Assembly: GCA_028534125.1 (NCBI GenBank)
Contig: CM052816.1
Span: 29,762,001 to 29,826,000 of the forward strand
DNA: 64,000 bases
Source: Lama glama
Taxonomy: Eukaryota
Direction of reading: 5' to 3'
In this document: one piece after another, positions 12,851 to 24,590 of the stretch
Numbering within the stretch: the first letter of the stretch is position 1
Layout: each line of letters starts with the position of its first letter
The notes under the pieces: model-generated
Told to the model about the DNA's origin: nothing
Seen by the model: the letters and a program-made list of their open reading frames with translations, nothing else
The model's database searches: none
Program-made: the position numbers and the translations under genes

Positions 12851-14554
12851 CAAATATATTGATTGAGGTTAATTACCAGGCATATTCAGCCATATATAAA
12901 ATATAAACAGACAAATATAAATAGATTTTGGAACATCTACTCTAATGGATTTTTTTATACCTCACTTTACATATGTTAACCCAATAATCAAATAACTGTA
13001 TTTATAAACTATGATTCCGCTTTCTCATCCCCTGTATAATTCTCTTTGTGAGCATTGTTGCACTGTTACTAGATGTGGATGAGACTTAAGCATGTGTTAG
13101 GCCGTCAGTCCTGCCACTCTTCTGTTTTGACGTAGCATCACTTCTAAGAAATGACTGGGTGAATATAATCCAGTGTGGCTCGGGTAAGAAATTAGTCTGC
13201 CTGTAGATGAAGCTCTAGTCTGTTTCAGTGATGTTTTCTTTTGTTGTTTTACAAGTCTACTCTTCTGTGAAAAGTCTGCAAAGTGAACGCATTGAGGGTT
13301 CGAGAATGAGAGCATTGGCATTTTTGCTTCTTCTCCATAAAACAGATTGAAACAGGGGGCAGAAAGGTAAATACCTGTGACCTCCTTTCAGTAGGCCTGT
13401 GCTGAAGTCATTTGGAATGAAATGAGGCCTGCCGTGAAGGGTCCTCCGGGGGGCCCCTCAGGTTTCCCCCCCATCCAATAGGGTTTCGTTTTTACTCTCA
13501 GTAACTCCTTTGTGCTCTCAGAAGGAAAACAGCTAACGAGCTTAGATGTGAACAATGGGCTCCACATATATCGTGCAGTTTTCTCAAATTTCATTTGCAC
13601 AGAGCTGCTGAATGACATTTCCCCAGCTCCAACTACTGTCCATACCTCTGGGGAATGTGGGCAGAGTGGCAAGGTCAGCCTCACAATGAGGAGGCTTTCT
13701 TGGTTTCAATAGGCACTTTATACCCATTCAAAAAAAAAAAAAAAAACCACTTTGAAGGCTTTCTCCATCTCAGGGCCTGTGAACACTGCTGTGAAGAGAG
13801 AAGGAGCTGGCCTGGGCTGAGCCGTGGGGAATTAGGCTAACCTTGCTGAGGGATCCCAGAACCAGCTCAGAGGCTGATGCGAGGTGACTTGGGTTTGAAG
13901 CTGACAACCTAACAGGTGGTCTGTTTAAAGAAACCCTTTGTGCTAGACTCACATTGGTAAATGCAAGACACATCTAAAATACGTTTGACTGTTTTACTGA
14001 GAGGCAGGTTTTCTTTCTTTCTTTTTTCTTTTTCCCCACTTGTTCTGGATTGAGGCCCTGATTCCCTTTAAAACTATTTCTGTATATTTTACACACAACT
14101 TAATGTTACATAGACCCGATGTAATAATTATCTTTGAGAATAATCCCTAAGAATATGATTTGAAATGTCTACCATTTCAAACCCACAGTTTTCAGTCATT
14201 GCAATTTTCAGGGAAAGTTTTTATTCTGGAGGAAGTGTTTCATAGTAGATTTCAGTGAAAAAAAAGTTAAAGAAATTCTAAGGAAAAAAAACTTGTAGTG
14301 AGAAGGAATTTAAGGAAAATTAGATGAGAAAAAAATAATCCTGATTTTGGGATTATAAAAAGGCAAGAAGAAATATTCCATTGTTGTTCAATTATAGCTG
14401 CAAAAGCTGGGAGGCCTGTGATCGGGAAGAATTTGTAATTCCTGAGGTTTAGCATAAGAAGAAAACAGGATCTAGAGAAAAACAGAAAGGTACTAACTGA
14501 TGCCCTGTTGTATTGGCTCTGTAAACATACATTTCCATAGGGTAGCATCTAGTT

Positions 14555-15066
14555 GATATGAAATCATTACAGCCAGTGATTTTAGTGGTTATTAACAGAA
14601 AACTAACACAAATAAGCAAAAGGGGAATGTAATGGCTGTCGAAAGTGAAAGGTGTAAGTGAGGGCTGTTTGATGAAGATGCCCAAGTCGTGTCACCAGGA
14701 CTCCGCTCCTCTCCACCTCTCTGTTCCTGCTTCCTCCGGAGTGTCTTCCCTCCATGGGCCTTGCTGCACCTGTTCCAGCCTCAGAGCTTCACTACCTCTG
14801 CCCCTTTCCCAGGTGATTCTGTAAAGCCTCTGGGGTTCACTCTGAACTGACTTAGATCACAAGCCCACCCCTAAACCATGGATGGAATACAGGCAAATAC
14901 TGTGCACTGGTTGACTTAGGCCTGGGTCACTGACTTCTCCTGGGGCCTGAGGAGCCCTGAACTGCTCCATGGATTGAAAGACAGCAAGGGGTAAGTTCTC
15001 AAATGAAAATTAGGGGCCTAAGAAGTTGCAATGGAAGCTGGAAAGGCAACGATAAATGTCTACCAC
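14555..15066 (-). mobile_element. MaLR LTR (MLT1K-like)
   Basis: AAATAAGCAAAAGGGGAATGTAATGGCT, GACTTAGATCACAAGCCCACCCCTAAACCA, GCACTGGTTGACTTAGGCCTGGGTCAC and terminal AAATGTCTACCAC. Confidence 0.6.
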
Positions 15067-17904
15067 GTGTACCAAGATGTATCTTATTTAAAAACATGTA
15101 ATTTTCTTGTCTTCTTCAATAGTGTACTTAAAAAAGAAATAATAATCTGTAAAAGCTCCACATGGGTGAATAAAATTGACTTTTTAGTGCTTGATAGATT
15201 TTCAAATTTCTGTGCTGACTTGTGTTAGGCTAATCATATAACGTTCTCTTCATACAGGTTTTCTAAAAATCTTTACTGAGAAGGAGTGAACTAAGTAGGA
15301 ATTTATATCCTTTTTGTCCTGTCCCTTCCTTATCTCAGTCCTGGGAATCCCGGTGGACCCCTCACAGGTTGTGCTCCATGGACTAGTGTGTCTTTTGGGA
15401 TGCAGCCCCCTGGATGGGGTGGAATGAGCTCTTTTCAGATGGATTTTAGATTACTCCCTATGGGAATAATACCTGTGGGAGTGTCACTAAGTCAGGGTCA
15501 GATCTAGGCAGGTGAATTGGAATGAGAAGACCCTCATCCAGCGGCCCCAGCCACCTGATTTAGTCAGGAGCCTCCAGGCTCTCACATTCCACCTCTTTCC
15601 TTTGGAAACAAGGGGCTGTCTCAGGTCAGCTTGGTGAATCTCTACTCTGTTCTCTCTAGAATCTTTTTGTATCATGTTATTTCTACAGCAAATCCTGTGC
15701 CTTTCTTCATGTATGTGAAAAGATCCTTGAGTCCCATTCTCATCTGAATAATTTATGTAACATATTAACCCTTTCCACATTTTTTTTCTAGCATGACACC
15801 TTACCAGTGATTAATTGCCTCTCGTCAGTCTAAGACTTAATTCAGTGACTGTTAATCTTTATTGACTCCGCTGTGTCTAGGGATGCATTTGCTCTGCCTA
15901 GGCATGCATTTAAGATATTAAATAAGTTCAGTTATTAGAAGGACACCACTATCGGATGCAGATAATAAAGGTTGTGAAGCTTAGTTGAAGGTAAGTATTT
16001 CTAAAATCATTTAATCCCATGCTGTCTTTTCTTATTAACTTTGTCTTAATTGTAAACGTTGACATTTCACTGTCCTCAAGCGTTTTGGGACAACTAGAGC
16101 TCTCATTGGGCAGATGATCCCATGTCGTTAAACTTTCTTAGCCTGGGTATTTCTCTGTTTCTGACAGCTGTCACTTCCTAGAACTATCGGCCTATCTGCT
16201 TTTAGGAGACCACTGGGTCTTATTTTCTAAGATAAGAACTGAGTTGGCTCCTACGTAATTCAGATGCACGTGTTTAATGCACTGACTTTGGAACATTTAG
16301 CTTGGCTTACTGGGTGTTTCCCCACTCCCTCCTCTTTTCTAGTACTTTCTGGGTTCTGGTTATGAGGAAAAAGGTAGGGAGAAATTGGGTCTTTGCATTT
16401 TGCTGAAGACAAATGTCTATTTTTTACTTTGAAGGACCTGAGATAAAACCATCTAATCCTAGCAACTTCATGCTTTATGAATGAACCAATGGTTTTCTTT
16501 CAGCTATTCTGTTAATAATAATATTTTCAAATGATTGAAGAAGCTCACTGAGTGAATATATATTCATTTTGTTGTTGGCAAAAAAGTGTGAAATAAAGCA
16601 GCAATAGGTGGGATTGGCCCCCAGCAGAACCATGACGTGGATGAGGTTTGCCTTAGGGCCCCTCACACATCCCCTCTGTTGCCCTTCACCGGTTTCCAGG
16701 GCCTCATTCTCCAACCATCTTTGCTTCTGGGTATGCAGGGCTCTCAGGCTGCCCTGCAGTCAGGGCTCCTCCCTACTCTGCCGGCCAAGGCCCTCCAGCC
16801 CCAGGCAGTGCATCATGGCCTCGTTTGGTGTTCCAACCAGACATCTAAACTCAGTAAGGCAGATGGCTAATCTTGCAGTCTGGATCCCAGCTAACTCCCA
16901 CTATTGGAAATGAGTGCCCCTCCTGGAACCAAGTCTCAATAAGGTCTTAATACACTGTAATGCTTCATTTATTTCTCCCAAGGTTACTGACGTTTTGATA
17001 AGAAATTCTTAAGGACCATTTATACTTAAGGTAAAGGAATAACTGTCCTCAAGTGGAATTTCAGGCAAGTCTATGGTCCAGTTGGTCTAGGAAGGGGGCA
17101 GCTTTGTACGTCTCCTCTGGGGCAGACGAATCCCCTTCTTTCTGGGCTTCCTTCACATTTGTTCCTTCAGTAGGTTTTCTCAGAAATACCCCTTTATGGC
17201 CTGGCTGGCAGGAGATTGCTTTCCAGCTGTGTTCCTGCCAGGTCCACATCCAGGTTTGGCCCATTTGCAATCGTCCCCACCAGTTCTTGCAAGGATCTCC
17301 CTTGGATACAGGATTCGGTCCTCCTGTCATCTCCACCCCACTTGACCATTCTGAAGCCACATTCCCTCTGCTTTGTGATAGAACCCTGTTGTCTTCCACC
17401 TGAAATTGCTCCAGAAATGCCATGTCTATAGTATGAACTTACTTTGTGAATATTAACACTTCCCTGGGGCTGTTGATTCTTCTCCGAGGTTTCCCGGTTT
17501 TTCTACCTCCTTCTCTCTAGCTCTGGCTCTGGCTCCCACTCTCCTGCATTGTGCACCCTGCCCTGTGGACACTGTTGCAAACAGTTGAGTTAGAATACCA
17601 AGCATGGTAGGTGGATGTGGATGTCACAAAGCACTTTGTAATAAAGGAAGATTCATGATTTGAACCTTGGTTGCCTTGCAGAGTGTACTTATTCCGTTTT
17701 ATCACAGATGCATACCCCTTCCCCCCTTTACCCCACGTCTTCCTTTTTCTAAGATAAAACATTTCATCCCTCCTAGGATAGGATTACCAGATTCTTCGTC
17801 ATTCTGACTGTTTTCTTACAGGAAAACCCACTTTGTCAATGTCACTGAAAGTTTGGTGTCCAAAAAGGAACAAAATATAGGCAGCTTGAGAATTCACATA
17901 AGTG

Positions 17905-18030
17905 TTTTATCATCCAGCCCACATTTATCCATCTTGTCTACAAAGATACCATGGGAGATTTTATAAAAATGCCTTGCTGAAATCCTTGCATGGATTAACC
18001 ATGTCAAAAAGGAAATTGGGTTATTTGATA
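17905..18030 (-). mobile_element. L3/CR1 LINE reverse-transcriptase fragment
   Basis: Minus strand translates DFSKAF, then after a 1-nt frameshift YKISHGIFVDKMDKCGLDD, matching the CR1/L3 RT motif DFSKAFDKVSHDILVDKMEKCGLD. Confidence 0.8.
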
Positions 18031-18894
18031 TAAAACATACACACAAACACACAAGCACACGTGGGACAACATTTACACATTACAACTTAAATGATGTGCA
18101 AAAAAAAGTATTCTCAATTTTCCGTAAGTGATCTCATCTTGTCCTCAATCCCAGGTTCCATTTGGGAGCAGGAAAAATCAATCTAAAACTTACCAGTTCT
18201 TGGTGTCCTGGTAACACAGTCTCTTCTGTTAGGTTAGCTCAGTGTCTTTTGGATAAATTTTCATTCAAATTCACAATTCAGACTTCTTATCAGAAAGGGA
18301 TGTTTCTCTCCTTTCGAAGACTTGCCCCTCTGCTTCCTGCTCCTTAGGGAGCTCTGTGGGTGTCAGTGACAGGGGCTTCCAGGAAATCAGTGTAGGGTAG
18401 TCAGTCCTTGTCTGGGTCTTTGTGCAGTCTTTGGGGTTTTCTCTCATCACTGTGGATACGTTCCTTATCTCTTAATCATTGACTGTCCCGCTGGCATCTG
18501 CTGATGGAGTCTGTGGCAGGGCTCAGTGTAAAACATCCACCTGCTATAAATTGTATCCAATGTTTCTCAACCTGAAGGGTCCAGGCGAAAAGTGCAGGAG
18601 ACAGAAAAGTTGACAGTGAGAGGATGACTGTGTGAGGCATTGACTTGGCAAGAACTGGGCTAGCTACTGTGGCTCAGGCTGCAGGAAGAGCTGTTGCTAA
18701 AGCCAGCCCTGGACCTCCTACTCCATTTCAGCTGGGAGTTTGGGGGTCTGGAGTGAATTGAACATAGGATGCTTCTGCAAATCTGTGATCTCAGTGTGGA
18801 AATCTGTGTTTTAGGTCTTCAGTTTTAGAAATGTGAGGATTTCAATTCAAGTGCTCATGTGCTGTCTTTATTTGTGAGAACAAACCAACTGCTG

Positions 18895-19050
18895 TCATCA
18901 TGGAAGCAGGGGGTTCAGAGCGGACAGAGCACAGAATCAGGTTTATTCCTACTGATTCCCTATTGACCTTGGAAACGTTACTGAACTTTTCTGAACCTCA
19001 GTCTCATCTTCTGTACTATAGGGGTAATAAAAGCCGATATGATTAAAGAA
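18895..19050 (+). mobile_element. MIR SINE
   Basis: TGACCTTGGAAACGTTACTGAACTTTTCTGAACCTCAGTCTCATCTTCTGTACTATAGGGGTAATAA is the MIR core. Confidence 0.75.
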
Positions 19051-20352
19051 AAACAGTATTCATCAGTAAATGGCAGCTATAAGTGTAAATCATAACAGTG
19101 TCTTCTAAGCACAAACAGTGTTTTTCTAACATTCCGAGGAGAGAACAGCTTGCTGCTTTTATCATTGGTTGGCTTCATTAAGTGTGACATTTCCCCCCAA
19201 TGCAACCATTTTTCTTTGAGACAAATGCCTTTCTCCCTCGGAGGGATGTGTTTCTCCCTCTTCCTGACAGAGCCCAGAGGATCCCTATGAACATCCTTCC
19301 GCCCCCCACCCCGCACCCCGGGGACCCTGGGCCACACTGGCCCTGTATCACTGCCATCATTTCTCTGCCCATCATTCCACTGGTGGAAACTCCCTTTGTG
19401 ACTTGTTGACGTCAATTCTGAGGATATACAAGATGTATTGAGAAAAGACCTCTAATAGTTCTTACTTTTCCGGAGGCCAAATGGTTTTCAAATCACAAGC
19501 AAAAGGATTTAACGTGGGCAGGCCAGGCCCACATCTTTGTCAAGCAAGAGACAACGAAACTGTCACTCTCCTCCCAGACCGTCGTGTATTTCCCACCAGG
19601 CCTCGCCTCCCCGTCAGGCTGTAAGCCCTTCCTTCCTGATCGTCCTTCTCGAAACCTCTCAGCCCAGTCCTGCTCTGTTCTATATCCAGAGACTGATAGG
19701 GATGAAGGCAGGCAAAGCAGAGAGATCCTGTGAGTGAAGTGCAACCTAGTCTTTTGGTTGTGCAGGTGGGCCTTTGCCAGCAGGTTCTGCGTATTTCCTT
19801 TACTTATTACCTAATCTAATTTCTGCAGCAAGCGTTACAAAACACAAGGGCAACTACTTTTCCAATCAGTATTTGACCCCTAAAATGCTCTCATGGGAAG
19901 CATGGCAGCCTCGGTGAAGAAGCCTTGTCCCAAACCTAAGAGTTCCTCTCCTCTTTATCAGGGGAAAGTGGCTCTGAATAGCGATGCACGTCTCATTTTC
20001 TCCAATGACTGCCCTTTGTCTGGCTATCTTTGGAGTGTGGGAGGAGCTGCAAGTGAATGGAAACTCAGCAGTACAGTCATGTATCTCTTGCTGACAGGGA
20101 ATTCTCGAGCTCTTGGAGCCAAGAAGTGGAGTTCGATGTGACCCTGGTCTTTCCAGTATGGCTAAAATGGCCTCAAAGAAGCATGTGCAGTATTAAAAGT
20201 CAGTTAAAAGGCAACTTGGTCTGGGACCTCTGTAATCTGTAAAGATCTCTAGAGATCTCTGCAGATTGGATCTCTTTTTCTAGGAGTCCATGATTCTACG
20301 ATACACTTTGTTTTCTGGCTTGGGAAAAATGAGGCCAACCTGAGTCGGGTTA

Positions 20353-20386
20353 TGCAGTAGAATCAGGTGACCAGAAGGTGGCACTG
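20353..20386 (+). promoter_or_regulatory. Candidate CTCF site (core plus upstream motif)
   Basis: Core TGACCAGAAGGTGGCACTG at 20368-20386 against the consensus TGGCCASYAGRKGGCRSY, with TGCAG 10 nt upstream. Motif evidence only. Confidence 0.5.
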
Positions 20387-21126
20387 GTAGTATTTGTAAG
20401 GTTGCCACTGCGGCACATTAGGTAACTGATGGAGCACTTGCTTCCCTCCAGCCAGCTAAAAGTGACACAGCCGTGTTTTGTTAACACCATGTTACACAGA
20501 GCTTTTCTTTGTGGATATCTGCTTTTACCCAAACCATTGCAGCCTACTTTCCTGTCTTGTTAGGAGTGTTACTTACAATGAATTCAAAGACCGGAAGGTT
20601 TTGTTTGTTGAAGTTTGCTCTATGTATTTGTGACGCTTTCTAGTCTTTGAAGCTTTGACAAAAATAACCCCCAGTTCTCTGGGAAATAAGAGAAGCTGTT
20701 TGTTTAGCAACTGTTCTCCCACTTTGGAAATGTTCCAGAGGTCTAGATGCAAGGTTGTTATTGTTTGTCCTGTCAAGCTCTTTGCTATCAAGGCTTTTAA
20801 TATTCTTTGTGTGAGTTTAATGTAAAAAGGCACCAAGTTAGTGCTGCCTTTACATGACTAATAGACTGCCTCATGAATAAGTAACTGTCTATATATTTTT
20901 AATAGGAAAAGAACTTACTTAAAAGGAACTCGAAAGCCACCAAGAAACTTGGGAGGAACTCAGCAAGAAGCCTCCCTGACTGTTCTCCTTTGTTTAGCAG
21001 AGGAAGGTTTTTCAGAGAAACTAGTTGGCAGCAGTCCTTGTAATGGCAACATGGAAAGCTGTCCTTTTATCTATTTGCTCCGAGCATTCTGGAACAAGGA
21101 GCTGCCAGTTATGACAGGAACTACAG

Positions 21127-21358
21127 CAGAAGTTGCAAATTTTTGTAAGGATCCAAACATTAAATATTTTAGGTTTTGTGGGCCGTTAGGTCCCGTTGCA
21201 GCTGCTCCACTCTGCCAGTGGAGCTTGAAAGCAGCCATAGAGAATATGTAATTGAGTGGACATGGCTTTGTTCCGATAAAACTTTATTTACAAAAACAGA
21301 TGGCAGGCTGGATTTGACAGATGACGTTCGCCAGTGAGCTGTAGTTTGCAGACCCTGA
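21127..21358 (+). mobile_element. MER58A hAT-Charlie MITE
   Basis: AAATATTTTAGGTTTTGTGGGCC...GAAAGCAGCCATAGA...ATAAAACTTTATTTACAAAAACAG...GCTGTAGTTTGCAGACCCTG. Confidence 0.85.
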
Positions 21359-21644
21359 ACTCGGGGAAGGCAGATTTAACTTTTCCTTCTCTGTTGTGGG
21401 CATTTCCTTTCTGAGCCTCTTGTTTTGCTCAGGTGGTAGCTGAGGGTTGTCCAGATGTGTTTGGCCTTGTCCCCATGGATTTCCCACTAGTACAGGAACC
21501 ACAGGGAAAGAGCATGTTCTGTTTCTGTGGCCAATGTGAGTAGAATAAATCTCCTCCTCAGTTCTCTGAGGGTTGTATTGGGTCAAGTGGATTCAGCATA
21601 ATTGTCTGGTGGCATCATACTTGGCCAGCAGTCATCCTTTAGAG

Positions 21645-21878
21645 TAGGAGCTGGCACAGGACAGCCTGTTGGCCAAATCTGCCCTCCACCTGTTTTGGTA
21701 AATAAAGTTTTATTGGAACATAGCCACACTACTTTGCTTATACATCATCCATTGCTGCTTTTGCTTTAAAATGACGGTTTGCTTTAAAAAAAAAAAAAGC
21801 AGTTGCTATAGGGACTTATTTACAGAGCTCAAGACATTAATTATCTGGCCCTCTAAGGAAAAAGTTTGCTGACCTTTG
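21645..21878 (-). mobile_element. MER58A hAT-Charlie MITE, opposite orientation
   Basis: GGCCAAATCTG...CCTGTTTTGGTAAATAAAGTTTTATTGGAACATAGCCAC...TATCTGGCCCTCTAAGGAAAAAGTTTGCTGACC. Confidence 0.85.
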
Positions 21879-21884
21879 CTCTAG

Positions 21885-22150
21885 AATAGTGCTTTTTAGA
21901 CTGTGCTGAAGGACTAGTTTTTCTTTCCTTTTTAAAAATTCATCCTGATGACATTGTCATCTGCTGCCCGTGACTGGTAGCAGCTTGTAGACATGCAACT
22001 CACCACACAGGTGCTGAAACCCCACACGGGTTCATTCCTTTTGAAGGACATGAGTCCGCTGCTCATGTCCTTGGATGCAGCCTCATATCAATGTCAATGT
22101 CAAATGATTATGCGAGTTTTAAATGCTTACATCCAATTTCTATACTTACC
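21885..22150 (-). mobile_element. hAT-Charlie element (MER119-like)
   Basis: Minus strand TAAGTATAGAAATTGGATGTAAGCATTTAAAACT...CATCCAAGGACATGAGCAGCGGACTC...GTGGTGAGTTGCATGT resembles the recalled MER119 consensus. Confidence 0.55.
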
Positions 22151-22199
22151 TAGCAGTGGGCTGGGGACAGGCAGGGTGCAGAGCAGCAACATGGTTCTA

Positions 22200-22365
22200 G
22201 GGCAGCCCTGCTCAGAGTGCATCAACTGTCAGCTTCACTGGAATATCTGGTTAAGATGTAGATTCTGATTCATCCAGTAAATCTAGGGTAGAGCTTGTCA
22301 TTCAGAATTTCCAACAAACTGGTGTTGATGGTACTGGCTCATGGACTGTTCTTTGAGAGGCGCTG
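22200..22365. mobile_element. MER5B-like MITE
   Basis: GTTAAGATGTAGATTCTGATTCA...AAATCTAGGGTAGAGC...AATTTCCAACAAACT...CATGGACTGTTCTTTGAG. Confidence 0.6.
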
Positions 22366-23739
22366 TTATAGTGGTATTTCTAAAGCAGTCAAATTAGACA
22401 TCAAATATTGCCTCAACTCACATAATGGCGCTGATTTCATTTGACTGATGAGGGCTGTTATTTAGAGAAATGAAGCAATTTTCGTTGGCATCCCAGAATG
22501 AAATGCCCATTGCCATTAACCAAGGGTTGCCTAAGAAATGTAGACACCCTTTTCCTACCTTATACATAATATTTTAACCTGGAAATCAGCTTCCTTAGTG
22601 CTGACACCAGCCTTGCTTGAAACCAAGTAAGTAGTGGTATTGATTATAGCCTATGAAACATGCATGAAATGTAACAGAAATGCAAGTTGCTCTTAACCTC
22701 CCTCCTCCCTCCCAACCCTACTTCCTTCATTTCCTTCTTCCTCTCATGTTATTTATTATGTGTTACGTGGAGAGTCTCCAGATCTTCATTTGGACCCGCT
22801 AGAAACTGGGAAAGAATATATCAAGCAGGAAATAGGATTCTTTTTACATTCTTGTGACATTAATGTGTGAAAAATATACTTAAAGAGATCAGGCGGATGC
22901 CTTTTGGGGGTATTTGGAGGCACTGTTGCAGCCACATATGCCACTCTTCAGGTTTGTATTGGAATTTCCATCACTGGGGTTGAATTTTGCCCCTTAACTG
23001 CCCTCCTTTAGCCGCTGTTTATCAGGAGCTTTTTGTATAGTTCAGCTATTGCTTATCAGTTTAAACAATCTGGGCCTCTGAGAACAGGAAAAGAGACTAA
23101 TAAGGGAAGTTTAACTTCCCAGGTTGCTTACCATGAAAAGTTTATTTGGGAGATGAATCTCCTTTTAAAACATTCACTCCATGTAGTACATTAAAAATGC
23201 TGATGATGTTTGCTCATCAGTTCTACACTGTTGCTTTGTTTTTGTATATATACTATTGCTACATAGTTTTCCTTTTTCAGAAATGTATTCATTGGAGATA
23301 ATTTATAATGCATCAAAGCTAAGTTGTAGCCATGTTCTCTTCTGAGATGAATGTCATTGGTACCAAATTGTTTATTAGGCTCTCTATTCTTACAGTACCT
23401 TGGCCTCTCTTTACTTTGCCAGATATAATGTCAAAACCGTGATAACTTGTGGTGATAATTTGGCCAACGTTGGAGTAATGTCACAGTGGTATTTGAAATG
23501 AGGGATTCTAAACTATAGACGAAGCACAACTGTGGTGTTTGTGACGCCTTGTGTGTTGAACAAGTTACCTAAGGTAGTAAGGATCAAAATGTAACATCCT
23601 TGTGGCTTGAAATCAGAACATTTCATCCTTGGAAAATCCAAAAAACTGTCAAGATAGAATGGATTTCCTTAGGTTAAATCTTAAATTAACCATCAAGAGG
23701 AAAAAGAAGACACTCACAACTCTACAAGGCAATTTTTTT

Positions 23740-24590
23740 TTCCTTCTCAGCCATGGGATGGGGTCATCCATCCTTCTGTATGCTCTTGTCACCAGCCCAG
23801 GGCCATCTACCCGCTCCTCCTACATGCATTTCAGCCTGTTCTTGTCTCTCCTGCCACTCCTCTAGTTCAGGTGCTTTCCATCATCTTGTGTCTTGACCTC
23901 CAGCATAGCTCTTGAGTGATCCTAAAGTCTTACTTCTCTCAGGTCCTTTTACCATCTGTCTGGAACTCAGAGCCCAGATGTCATTCTTTTTCTGAGAATT
24001 TTCATCACCAAAGGGATGATATTTCTTCCCTCTGCATGCTCTATCAGACCGCCATCATCAGGCTCCCACGTGTCTCCATTCCCACCTCCCACCACTCCCT
24101 GCACTGCCGTTAAAGCTTTAGTAGTATGGAACTATGTGTTGTTTTCAGAAATGCCATGCTGTTTCACATTTCGAGCCTTTGGCCATGGTTTCCTATCTGC
24201 CTATAAGAATCTGTCCCAGTGGCTTTCAGCCAGAGGTGATTTTGTCCTGCAGAGAGAGAGTTGGCAATGTCTGGAGATATTTTTGGTTGTCATAACTAGG
24301 GAAGGGAGGCTGCTGTCATCTAGAGGGGAGAGACTGGGGATGCATGAACAGCCTCCCACAACAAAGAATTATCTGTTCAGAATGTCAATGATGCCAAGGT
24401 TGAGAAACCTTCCTCTCCTCTGCGTTTTCGGGAGGATAATTTCTGTGCTCCAGTTATGAATGTAGGACTTTCTCTCCCCTGGCAAACTGTCCTTGATCCC
24501 TCCTCTCTCAGTCTTGGTGAAGTGCTCCTCCACTGTGTTATGAGTGTTCCCTATGTATATACCTCTACTATCATGGCACATATTATTATA
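23740..24590 (+). mobile_element. L2 fragment interrupted by MER20
   Basis: Pyrimidine-rich L2 3' region (CTGCCACTCCTCTAGTTCAGG, CCTTTGGCCATGGTTTCCTATCTGCCTATAAG) resuming after 24410. Confidence 0.55.
24217..24410 (+). mobile_element. MER20 hAT-Charlie MITE
   Basis: CAGTGG...GGTGATTTTGTCC...TTGGCAATGTCTGGAGATATTTTTGGTTGTCATAACT...CCCACAACAAAGAATTATCTG...AATGTCAATGATGCCAAGGTTGAGAAACC. Confidence 0.9.

Noticed and set aside
16600..17430. GC-richer segment with several overlapping ORFs, considered as a processed pseudogene
   Set aside because: No frame gave a recognisable protein, and no poly-A tail or TSD was found.
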